From Squalus acanthias (Eukaryota), in the NCBI GenBank assembly GCA_030390025.1, contig JASTWF010000093.1, positions 992,001 through 1,056,000 of the forward strand: a stretch of DNA of 64,000 nt. The letters run 5' to 3'. Below the pieces are notes generated by a model. It made no database searches. It saw only the letters and a list, made by a program, of their open reading frames with translations, and had not been told where the DNA came from. Position 1 is the stretch's first letter; each line of letters starts with the position of its first letter. The position numbers and the translations under genes were made by a program. Positions 51,080 to 63,074 of the stretch are shown piece by piece.

Positions 51080-53032
51080 TTGGGGTGGGCGCGGCTGCAG
51101 TTCCAAGAACCGAGGCTTGGGGGTGGGCGCGGCTGCAGTTCCACGAACCGGGGCTTGGGGGTGGGCGCGGCTGCAGTTCCACGAACCGGGGCTTGGGGGT
51201 GGGCGCGGCTGCAGTTCCACGAACCGGGGCTTGGGGGTGGGCGCGGCTGCAGTTCCACGAACCGGGGCTTGGGGGTGGGCGCGGCTGCGGTTCCACGAAC
51301 CGGGGCCTGGGGGGCGGGCGGGTCCGCGGTGCCACGCCCCTGGGCGCGGGGGCGGGCGGGTCCGCGGTGCTATGCCCCGGGGCTTGGGGGCGGGCGGGTC
51401 CGCGGTGCCATGCCACGGGGCGCGGGCGCAGCTGCGGTACCATGCCACGGGGCGCGGGCGCGTCCGCGGTGCCATGCCCCGGGGCGCGGGGCGGACGCGG
51501 TGCCATGCCCCGGGGCGCGCACGTCCGCGGTGCCATGCCCCGGGGCGCGGGGGCGGGCGCGTCTGCGGTGCCATGCCCCGGGGCGCGGGGGCGGGCGCGG
51601 TGCCATGCCCCGGGGCACGGGGCGGGTGCGTCCGTGGTGCCATGCCCCGGGGCGCGGGGGCGGCTGCTGTGCCATGCTCCGGGGCGCGGGAGCGGGCGTT
51701 GTGCCATGCCCCGGGGCGCGGGAGCGGGCGCGGCCGCGGTGCCATGCCGAGGGGGCGGGCGCGGCCGCAGTGCCATGCCGCGGGGCGCGGGGGCGGCCGC
51801 GGTGCCATGCCCCGGGGCGTGGGGGCGGGCGCGGCCACAGTGCCATGCCCCGGGGCGCGGGGGCGGGCGCGGCCGCAGTGCCATGCCCCAGGGCGCGGTG
51901 GCAGGCGCGGCCGCAGTGCCATGCCCCGTGGCGCGGGGGCGGTGCCATGCCCCGGGGCGCGGGGGCGGGCGCGTCTGCGGTGCAATGCCCCGGGGCGCGG
52001 GGGCGGGCGCGGTGCCATGCCCCGGGGCACGGGGCGGGTGCGTCCGCGGTGCCATGCCCCGGGGCGCGGGGGCGGCTGCTGTGCCATGCTCCGGGGCGCG
52101 GGAGCGGGCATGGTGCCATGCCCTGGGCGCGGGAGCGGGCGCGGCCGCGGTGCCATGCCGAGGGGGGCGGGCGCGGTGCCATGCCCCGGGGCGCGGGGGC
52201 GGGCGCGGCCACAGTGCCATGCCCCGGGGCGTGGGGGCGGGTGCGGCCGCAGTGCCATGCCCCGGGGCGCGGTGGCAGGCGCGGCCGCAGTGCCATGCCC
52301 CGTGGCGCGGGGGCGGTGCCATGCCCCGGGGCACGGGGGCGGGCGCGGCCGTAGTGCCATGCCCCGGGGCGGGCTCGGCCGCAGTGCCATGCCCCGGGGC
52401 GCGGGTGCGGTTCCATGCCCCGTGGCGGGCGCGGCCGCAGTGCCATGCCCCGGGGCGCGGGGGCTGTGCCATGCCCCGGGGCGCGGGAGTGGGCGCGGCC
52501 GCAGTGCCATGCCCCGGGTGCGCAAGTGCCATGCCGCGGGGGCGGGCGCGGCCGCAGTGCCATGCCCCGCGGGCGGGCGCGGCCGCTGTGCCATGTCCCG
52601 GGAGCGGGCGCAGCCGCAGTGCCATGCCCCGGGTGCGCAAGTGCCATGCCCCGGGGGTGGGCGCGGCCGCAGTGCCATGCCCCGGGGGAGGGCGAGGCCG
52701 CAGTGCCATGCCCCGGGGGCGGGCGCGGCCGCAGTGCCATGCCCTGGGGGCGGGAACGGCCGCAGTACCATGCGCCGGGGCCGGGCGCGGCCGCAGTGCC
52801 ATGCCCCGAGGCGGGGGGGCGAGCGCGGCCGCAGTGCCATGCCCCGGGGCGCGGCCGCAGTGCCATGCCATGGGGCGCGGGCGCGGGCGCGGCCGCAGTG
52901 CCATGCCCTGGGGCGCGGTGGCGGCGGCCGCAGTGCCATGCCCCCGGGCGCGGCCACAGTGCCATGCCCCCGGGCGCGGGGGCGGCCGCAGTGCCATGCC
53001 CCGGGGCTCGGCCGCAGTTCCATGAACCAGGG
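51080..53032. repeat. Same GC-rich minisatellite, shorter array (~1.95 kb)
   Basis: Same units and flanks as 3708-7752. Confidence 0.97.
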
Positions 53033-53462
53033 CACACGCACACACACCACCCCCCCACCCCCCCCGGGAGAAGGCCCGAAGACATTCACAGTGCAAGTGT
53101 TAAACTGAAGGAGGACAGGGTGCTAAAATAACTCAACCAATTCTTGGAGACAATGACAAAAGAACAAAATGGCATTAAAAACAAAGCTTTATTACATTAA
53201 CCTGTCCTGATCCAGCAGAAGATGGACAAAAAAAACACTATTGTATTAAATAAAGAGTTTGGAAGTTACAAATGAGAAAAGGGACCAATCAGATGGCACT
53301 TCTTATTCTGCGTCTTGATATTTAGTAGTGAGGGTTAAGGAGACATGTCCACATTTGCACAAGGCTGCGAATAGCAGAAACCCACTATGTTGCGACTGTA
53401 AATATCGGTTTTCATGGCTGAAGGGGCAGCGTCCAATCACATGCATTTTCTTGAATGATCCA

Positions 53463-53620
53463 TCACGTAATGCCGTATTCATTTTGTTTCTCTCCATTTG
53501 CCAGTGAAACACGTTTCTTGCACACGGCTATGACTAGAATTACAATTATAAATTCAATAGCAAGGACAGTGACTGCAAGCATCCAGCGATTTCTTGTAAG
53601 AACGTGATCAGTTTTCATTT
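53463..53620 (-). CDS. B7-family/CD276-like gene copy C, exon 4 (TM + tail ...NEYGIT*)
   Basis: Matches copy A exon 4; acceptor at 53622-53621, stop at 53465-53463. Confidence 0.85.
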
Positions 53621-54207
53621 CTGTGGGAAAAAAAAGGAAGAAAACTATTGATCATTACGGCAGTGGTTTCAGTGCTGGTTTGGTCTTCTATGCTAAATCA
53701 GCTAAAAAAAGCCCACACATTTACACAGCGCCTTTCACAACCCCAAAGCGCTTTACAGCCAATGAAGTACTTCAAGTGGTCACTGTTGTAATGCAGGAAA
53801 CGCAGCAGTCAATTTGCACACAGCAAGCTCCCACAAACAGTAATTAGATAATGACCAGATAATCTGTTTTTTAAAAGTGATGTTGGTTGAAGGATAATAA
53901 TAGTCAGGACACCAGGGAGAACTCCCCTGCTCTTCATAATAGTGCCATGGGATCTTTTACATCCACCTGAGAGCAGACAGGGCCTCTGTTTAACATCTCA
54001 TCTGAAAGGCGGCACCTCCGACAGTGCAGCACTCCCTCAGTATTGTGCTGGAGTGTCAGCCTAGATTTTTGTGCTCAAGTCTCTGGAGTTGGGCTTGAAC
54101 CCACGACCTTCTACCACTGATGCATGGCTGACACCTAAAGAGAGATATTAGGCAGGGTGACTAAAAGCTTGGTCAAAGAGGTGGATTTTAAGGAAAGTTT
54201 TAAAAAG

Positions 54208-54247
<40 letters not shown>

Positions 54248-55003
54248 GTTTAGGGAGGGAATTCTGGAGCGCAAGCTATAGATGGCTGCCAGTGGCAGTA
54301 GGGAATTCACAAGATGCCAGAGTTTGAACAATTCAGGGGTCTCAGAGGGTTGTAGGGCTAGAGAAGTGTACAGAGATAAGGAGGGACGAGGCCACAAAGG
54401 GACTTAACCACAAGGATAAGAATTTTTAATTTGAGGCGTTGGTAACCAGGTGCTAATGTAGGCCAGCGAGCACAGGGGGAGGGTTAGCAGATCGTAGTGC
54501 AGGATAGGAGAAGGGCAGCAGAGATTTGGATGAGCAGAAGTTTACATAGCGTGGAGGGTACAATACAGCATAGAGAGAACTTCTTATATCCTCTCCAAGG
54601 AGCGAAGGAGACATTAAGGAGAGTCTTCCCAAATATGGGAGCAGAATCCAAGTCACAAAAGGACTCGAGCTATAGAGAGTTAAAGGTATTTGGTAAGAAG
54701 TGTTTGGCACAAACGAGGAAACAGCTTTTGAGCAGCCGAGCAATGCAGCAGCTCCATTTGTGGTCTTGGGAGATAGTGAGGCCAAGAACATTGATAAGTC
54801 AAGAGAAGTGTAGGCCCATGAAAGTTAAAAAGGTGCAGCGGTTTATACTTGTGGAACCAGAAAGAAACTGGAACAGAAGTTTCTGAAGAACTGAAAGAAG
54901 ATTTCCTTTACTTCAAATGGCATGGAGATCAAGATGTCGTGATTCAGCATTGTATCGCAAGACAACTGGAGGTTATGAGTACTGAGTGTAGGACACAACT
55001 TAC

Positions 55004-55288
55004 CTACAGAAAGACCAAATGTTCGAGAAACTGATTGGTGTAGAACATCATTTCTTAATCTGAATGTGTAGTTAGAACTCCTATTGGTGTCATTGATTTG
55101 CAGAATACTCTGCAGGGAGTATAGACCATCTCCACTTTGTTGGTACGAAGTCTCAGACAGTGAAGAAATATCCTCATTTTCTTCATTGTACCAGGAAACA
55201 GTAGCCTCAGGGTAACCTTGGGACTCGAATCTGAACACTGTCCCGGATGGTGTTAACTGAATAAAAAAGTCAGGTTCCTTGTAGTATG
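55004..55288 (-). CDS. B7-family/CD276-like gene copy C, exon 3 (IgC-like, cysteine-free)
   Basis: Intact 285-nt exon; protein identical to copy A as far as I can read. Confidence 0.9.
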
Positions 55289-55876
55289 CTGTAGATTAAA
55301 AAAAGGATCATTAGAAACAAGAAATAAACTTGATAAAAATAATGCCAACTAGGAATTTTGTTCCAGTTAATAACTAATTGAAAATTGCAATAAAAGCTTT
55401 AAATGATCAAAAACAACAAATCCAAGTACAAACAGAATAGTAGATATTGCTGTTTGTGATCAATTTGGAGATATTCAAATCATTGTACCAAGTGATCAAA
55501 TTGAAGGTGAAAATCCCACAATATCCTGCTGGCAGCTGTTCAGCCAAAATCATACATAACCCTTGATGGTAAATATCAGTGGGCTTTTCACCTGCGAGGC
55601 CATCACAGTTCAGCCCGATCCTGGAGCCGTCCACAGGCAGGGCTTGCTGAATAGCAAACGGGAGTGCCAACCCTAACCGAGGTGTGTCGATTGCACCAAT
55701 AGCACTGCTCCAGCGGAGAGGAGCTAAACCAGCACAATCTGGGTATCAAACCTGGTCTGTATGGCTCAGGCACTCAATGGTGAGACTCACTGAGCCATCA
55801 GGGGAGGCCAAGAAGCATGACTTTAATTTTTCAGAACTGACTGAGAACAAAAATGAAAACTGAAAGAAGCATGTAC

Positions 55877-56227
55877 CTGCAAATATTAGAGACACAATGC
55901 CCTGGCCATTTCCTTTTCCGTTCCTGACAAAGCACACATACTGTCCAGCATCCTCTGGTCTCACTCTGTCCAGCTTCACTGAAACGTTCCCTTGTTTTAA
56001 CTCCTCTGGGAATAAGCTTGTCCTCCCCGAATACCGAGGGCTTTGGCGACTCAGTTGCTCTTTTCCAGAATAATAATAAACAACTTCCTCCGTCTCGACA
56101 CGGTGCCAACTGATGAACAGCAGATCCAGTGACGATTCACCCTGAGCTGTAAAGCTGCAACTCAGCACCGTGTACTGGCCGTAGACAGCAGTCACTGGTG
56201 CTTCTGGGGTGTGAACTTGAAACTGAG
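55877..56227 (-). CDS. B7-family/CD276-like gene copy C, exon 2 (IgV)
   Basis: Same splice sites as copy A; 4 amino-acid differences from A. Confidence 0.92.
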
Positions 56228-56518
56228 CTGTGAATTCAAACAAATAGATTAGTAACAGCATTGTTCCAAGAGATTTAATCTTAACTCTTCAGAATATTTT
56301 ATTTTAAATGGATGATTAATACGAGATTTAATCTTGAACACAGGAAAGCACTAAGAAGTAATTATCCCCACAGCTGTATTTTCTCTTCTCCAGAAGGGTT
56401 GATATTTCCTGGGTTGATATTTTCTGTGATCTATTGAAATAGAAAAAGTTTTGTTCCCTCACCTCACAAAATGGACATCAAAAAAAGCAACTGCAGCAAC
56501 ATGATCAGTAAACACCAC

Positions 56519-58070
56519 AAAATAATGGGACTAAAAGACGACAGGTCCCCTGGACCAGATGGCCTGCATCCCAGGGTCTTAAAAGAAGTGGCTGCAGAGA
56601 TAGTGGATGCATTGGTTGCAATCTACCAAAATTCCCTGGACTCTGGAGAGGTCCCAGCGGATTGGAAAACCACAAATGTAACACCCCTATTTAAGAAAGG
56701 AGGGAGACAGAAAGCAGGAAACTATAGACCAGTTAGCCTAACATCTGTCGTTGGGAAAATGCTGGCGTCCTTCATTAAGGAAGCATTAGCAGGGCATTTG
56801 GAAAATCAATGCAGTCAAGCAGAGTCAGCATGGTTTTATGAAAGGGAAATCATTTTTAACAAATTTGCTGGAGTTTATTGAGGATGTAACGAGCAGGGTG
56901 GATAAGGGTGAGCCAGTGGATGTGGTGTATTTGGATTTCCAGAAGGCATTCAATAAGGTGCCACATAAAAGGTTACTGCATAAGATAAGAGCGCACAGAG
57001 TTGGGGGTAATATATTAGCATGGATAGAGAATTAGTTAACTAACAGAAAACAGAGAGTCGGGATAAATGGGTCATTTTCCAGTTGGCAAACGCTAACTAG
57101 TGGGGTGCCACAGGGATCGGTGCTGGGGCCTCAACTATTTACAATCTACATTAATGACTTGGATGAAGGGACCGAGTGTACTGTAGCTAAGTTTGCAGAA
57201 GATACAAAGATGGGTGGGAAAGTAAGTTGTGCAAAGGGATATAGACAGGCTAAGTGAGTGGGCAAACATTTGGCAGATGGAGTATAATGTGGGAAAGTGC
57301 AAGGTTATCCACTTTGGCAGGAAAAATAAAAAAGCTAGTTATTTTTTTAAATGGAGATTACAAAATGCTTCAGTTTAGAGGGACCTGGGGGTCCTTGTGC
57401 ATGAAACACAAAAAGTTAGCATGCAGGTGCAGCAAGTAATCAAAAAGGCAAATGGAATGTTGGCCTTTATTACAAGGGGGTTGGAGTATAAAAGCAGAGA
57501 AGTCCTGCTACAACTGTACAGGGTATTGGTGAGACCACACCTTGAGTACTGCATACAGTTTTGGTCTCCTTATTTAAGGAAGGCTATACTTGCATTGGAG
57601 GCAGTTCAGAGACGATTCACACAGTTGATTCCAGAGATGAGGGGATTGACTTATGAATAAAGGTTGAGCCTATACTCATTGGAATTTAGATGAATGAGAG
57701 GTGATCTTATTGAAACATACAAGATACTGAGGGGGCTCGACAAGGTAGATGCAGAGAGGATGTTTCCCCTCGTGGGGAAATCTAGAACTCAGGGGCACAG
57801 TTTCAGAATAAAGGGTCGCCCTTTTAGAACCGAGATGAGGAGGAATTTCTTCTCTGAGGGTCGTAAATCTGTGGAATTCTCTGCCCCAGAGAGCCTCGGA
57901 GGCTGGGTCATTAAACACATTTAAGGTGGAGATAGACAGATTTTTACAAGATAAGGGAGTGAAGGGTTATGGGGAGCGGGCGGGGAAGTGGCTTTGAGCC
58001 CAATATCAGCCATGATCTTATTGAATGGCAGAGCAGGCTCGAATGGCCAAGTGGCCTATTCCTGCTCCTA
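56519..58070 (+). mobile_element. CR1 LINE, duplicate in intron 1 of gene C
   Basis: Offset 44634 from 11885-13436. Confidence 0.92.
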
Positions 58071-60314
58071 CAAAAAGAAAATACTGCAGATGCTGGAAAT
58101 CTGAAATAAAAACAGAAAATGCTGGAGATACTCAGCAGGTCAGGCAGCATCTGTGAAGAGAGAAACAGAGTTAACGTTTCAGGTCGATGACCTTTCGTCA
58201 GAACTGGAAAAAAGCAGGAAATGGAACATATTTTTAAGCAAGTGTAGCAGCTGGGAAAGGGGGGAGGGGATGAAAGAACAAAAGGGAAGGTCTGTGATAG
58301 GATAGAAGGCAGGAGAGGTTAAGAGACATTAAGAGATATTCAAGGCAAAAGGAGATGGTAATGGGACAGGTTAAGAAACAAAGGATGGCTCTAGATGAAG
58401 TGTAAATTGCACTGGCAGAATGAAAGACAGCTGCCATGTGGGGGAGAAGAAAAGACAAAAAGGTGTGGATAAAAAATATATATAGGATAGGGGCTGAGGT
58501 TATGATCTGAAATTGTTGAACTCTACGTTGAGTCCAGAAGGCTGTAAAGTGCCTAATCGAAAGATGAGGTGCTGTTCCTCGAGCTTACGCTGAGCTTCAG
58601 TGGAACAATGCAAGAGGCCGAGGACGGTGAGGTCTGAGTGGGAGTGGAGCAGAGAATTAAAGTGACAGGCGACCAGTAGCTCAGGGTCCCCCTTACGGAC
58701 TGACCGGAGGTGTTCCGCAAAGCGGTCACCCAATCTGCGTTTGGTCTCCCCAATGTAGAGGAGACCGCATCGTGAGCAGCAAATACAGTATACTAAATTG
58801 CAAGAAGTACAAGTAAATCGCTGTTTCACCTGGAAGGGGTGTTTCGGGCCCTGGACAGTGGGAAGGGGGGAGGTATAAGGGCATGTGTTGCATCTCCTGC
58901 GCGTGCACGGGAAGGTGCTGGGTGAAGGGGAAGGGGTGCTGGGGGTGATAGAGGAGTGGACTAGGGTGTCTCGGAGGGAGCGGTCCCTACGGAATGCTGA
59001 AAGGGGAGGTGAGGGGAAGATGCGTTTGGTGGTGGGATCACGCTGGAGGTGGCGGAAATGGCACAGGATGATCCGTTGAATGTGGAGGCTGGTGGGGTGA
59101 AAGGTGAGGACAAGGGGAACTCTATCGTGGTTCCGGGAGGGAGGGGCAGGGGTGAGGGCAAAAGTGCGGGAGATAGAACGGACACAGTCGAGGGCCGTGT
59201 CAACTACGGTAGAGGGGAATCCTCGGTTGAGGAAAAAGGAAGACATGTCGGAAGCACTGGTATGGAAGGTGGCATCGTCGGAGCAGATACGGCGGAGACG
59301 GAGAAACTGGGAGAATGGAAGAGAGTCCTTACAGGAGGCGGGGTGGGAGGAAGTATAGTCCAGGTAGCTGTGGGAGTCAGTGGGCTTGTAGTGAATGTTG
59401 GTCAATAACCTATCCCCAGAGATGGAGATGGAGAAGTCGAGGAAGGGAAGAGTCGGAGATGGACCATGTGAAGGTGAGGGAAGGGTGGAAATTGGAGGCA
59501 AAGTGAATGAAATTGTCTAGTTTAGGGCGAGAGCAGGAAACGGCACCGATACAGTCATCAATGTACCGGAAAAAGAGGTGAGGGAGGGGACCCGAGTAGG
59601 ACTGGAACAAAGAGTGTTCCACATATCCCACGAAAAGGCAGGCATAGCTAGGAGCCATGTGGGTACCCATAGCAACACCTTTGATTTGGAGGAAATGAGT
59701 GGAGTCAAAGGAGAAGTTGTTCAATGTGAGAACAAGTTCAGCTAGGCGGAGGAGGGTGCTGGTGGATGGGGACTGGTTGGGCCTCTGTTCAAGGAAGAAG
59801 CGGAGCGCAGTCAAGCCATCCTGGTGGGGGATGTTACCTGGCCTGCTGAGTTTTTCCAGCACTTTCTGTTGTTATTTCAGTTTTCCAGCATCTGCAGTAT
59901 TTTGCTATTGTATTAGAGGTGAGGGGAAGATCTGTTTGGTGGTGGGATCACACTGGAGGTGGCGGAAATGGTGGAGGATGATCCATTGAATGTGGAGGCT
60001 GGTGGGGTGAAAGGTGAGGACAAGGGGAACTCTATCGTGGTTCTGGGAGGGAGGGGCAGGGGTGAGGGCAGAAGTGCGGGAGATAGAACGGACACGGTCA
60101 AGGGCCGTGTCAACCACAGTAGAGGGGAATCCTCGGTTGAGGAAAAAGGAAGACATGTCGGAAGCACTGGTATTCCCAACCCCTACACTTGCTTAAAAAT
60201 CTGTTCCATTTCCTGCTTTTTTCCAGTTCTGACGAAAGGTCATCGACCTGATACGTTAACTCTGTTTCTCTCTTCACAGATGCTGCCTGACCTGCTGAGT
60301 ATCTCCAGCATTTT
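58071..60314 (-). mobile_element. Penelope-like family 2 (duplicate, intron 1 of copy C)
   Basis: 333-aa ORF 58500..59501 with RT thumb and GIY-YIG; offset 44634. Confidence 0.92.
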
Positions 60315-60701
60315 CTATTCCTGCTCCTATTTCTTATGTTCTTATGTAAATAGACAGGGGCTGTTTCTTTGAAATATTCTTTTCAGCTCCATGAACAATA
60401 TTTACTTGGGAATTATCCACCTTGCCCATTAAAATTACCCAACATCACAAGTGAAACCCTTCGGTCCCAGACCTGAAACGTTAACTCTGTTTCTCTCTCC
60501 ACGGATGCTGCCTGACCTGCTGAGTATTTCCAGCATTTTCTGTTGTTATTTCAGATTTGCAGCATCTGCAGTATTTTGCTATTACAAGTGAAACTACTGT
60601 TATTGCTTTGGGCCATTGCTCAGTGGTGAAAAGACCACCTGAAACTGTGTAGATCGTTCATTCAAATGTGTGCAAGGAAACAGTTACATTTAAAGACTTA
60701 C

Positions 60702-60756
60702 CTTGAGCCAAACCGAATTCAACAGCCACCAAAACAGCGAGCAGACTTCTCACCAT
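60702..60756 (-). CDS. B7-family/CD276-like gene copy C, exon 1 (signal peptide)
   Basis: Matches copy A exon 1 at offset +44634. Confidence 0.85.
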
Positions 60757-63074
60757 ACTTTGCTCTCCTCGACAGCTGTCAAAACAAGACAAGACGACCA
60801 CCAGTGAAAATAATTTCTTTATCGGTTTCCACAGCTGCAAAAGACCCGCATCTTATGGAGGATTCCGCCGGCACTCGGGGCAGAGCTCGCTGACCGAAAT
60901 CTAAACCCTCGGGGCTCCGCTCAAGTGGGCGTCGCCCGCAGCCCGCTCTCTTTCATAGTCCCTGCTGTTACATCATTTACGGATTAGACAGTAAGAAAGC
61001 CCCAGACACCGCCCCGCGAGCCAGCGAATCAGAGACTGGTTAGAGCTTTTCCTCGGCAGTCCCGCCTCCCCAGGGCTGCCAGACCATGCCACAGACACCG
61101 CAGCAGCAGCAACAACCTAGTGGTTGCTGTTTTTAAGAGTTTATTTTTTACTGTGATGGAATGAGAAACAGCCTTACAGTAATTTGTTGATCTATTTGTA
61201 AAATGTTATTATTGCATTTATATTGTTAATTATAAGGCTTTATTGTTATTGTGATCAATGAATGTAATGGTTTATTATGTAATTGATGAGTTGTATAAGT
61301 ACTATTCTTGAATAAAAAGATTAATAAGAAAAAAAAACAACCTAGTGGTTAAAAGAAAAAAAACCTTTTCTTTTGAGAATTTCCCTCATCTGGAAGTGGA
61401 AATATTTCATTTTAACACAGCACATTTAAGTTGCACAACCCATAAAGACATTTGACTGTGCAACTAAAATCATGTAAATTATCTTGGCAATTGGCTGCAC
61501 TGAAATCAGTCAGGCATTACTAGTTAGTGTACAGTTATTGAAGTGCCATTGACTAAAGGCAAACTAATTGAAGATTCTTTTGCTTGTGGTTAAAATGTCA
61601 TAGTGTACTGATCCTGTCAGCAAAAGTAACTGGTGTTTTGCTGCAGTGTAACTTAAATAGCCATAAAAAGTGTCTTTATGGAGGATATTTGTGGGAAACT
61701 ACAAGGATATGAAGATGTTTACAGCTTTTTGTATTACCTGAAATAGTTATGGTTCCTCACTGCAACAGTTTGATAACCAGGATATATGTAATAAAATAAC
61801 TGAATGCACATCCACAAGACTTGCACCAAAATGTCAGACTTTCTGTGAAAGTGCTCTTTATACAAAACATCAGCAGCAACAACTTGCATTTATACACCGC
61901 CTTAAATGTCGTAAAACGTCCCAAGGTGCTTCACAGGAGCGTTATGAGACAAAAAATTGACACCGAGCCACATGAGGAGAAATTAGGGCAGGTGACCAAA
62001 AGCTTGGTCAAAGAGGTAGGTTTTAAAGAAAGAAAAACTTGCATTTATATCGCACCTTTCACAACCACCAGACATCCCAAAGCGCTTTACAGCCAATGAA
62101 GTACTTTTTGAAGTGGAGTCACTGTGGCAATGTGGGAAAAACGGCAGCCAATTTGCGCACAGCAAGCTCCCACAAACAGCAATGTGAAAATGAACAGATA
62201 ATCTGTTTTTTTTTAAAGTGATGCCGGTCGAGGGATATATATTTGCCCAGGACACCAGGGAGAACTCCACAACCTTCTTCGAAATATTGCCATGGGATCT
62301 TTTACATCCACAGGAGAAAGCAGACGGGACCTCAGTTTAACGTCTCACGCAAAAGACAGCACCTCCAACAGTGCAGCACTCCCTCAGCACTGCACTGGAG
62401 CGTCAGCCTAGATTTATGTGCTCAAGTCCCTGGAATGGGACTATGAACCCACAACCTTCTGACTCAGAGGTGAGTGTGCTGCCCACTGAGCCACAGCTGA
62501 CACTCTCTTTAAGAAGTGTCTTAAAGGAGGAAAGAGAGGTGGAGAGGCAGGGAGGTTTTTGGGAGGGAATTCCAGAGCTTAGGACCTCGGGAACAGAAGG
62601 CACGGCCACCAATGGTGGAGCGATTATAATCAGGGATGCTCAAGAGAGCAGAATTAGAAGAGCGCAGATATCTTGAGTGATTGTGGGGCTGAAGGAGATT
62701 ACAGAGATAGGGAGGGGCGAAGCCATGGAGGAATTTGAAAACAAGGATGAGAATTTTGAAATTGAAGCGTTGCTTAACCGGGAGCCAGTGTTGGTCAGCG
62801 ATGTAGGAAGAGGGCGAAGAGGCAACACTTTGGGATGGAGAAATGTGAAGGACGAAGCAATCAGGCGAGACGGCAGTTGGAGTCGGAGAGAGAGGGAGGA
62901 GTTGACGGTTAGTGTTGGGAGGAGGTGCCAGGAAGCAGCATCAGGGACCAGGTGGATTTTGGGGTTGGGGGAGAGGTGGTAGGAGGTGCCAGTCAGGCAG
63001 CAGAAAAACAATTTAAAAAATACAACTTCCTGGGAGGGAGAGAGCAACTTCCGAACGGACCTGAGTGACTCAGT

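Noticed and set aside
54843-55003. Hydrophobic read-through extension after the IgC exon as an alternative TM
   Set aside because: Follows a consensus GTAAGT donor, is stopped early in copy A, and is not a convincing TM helix
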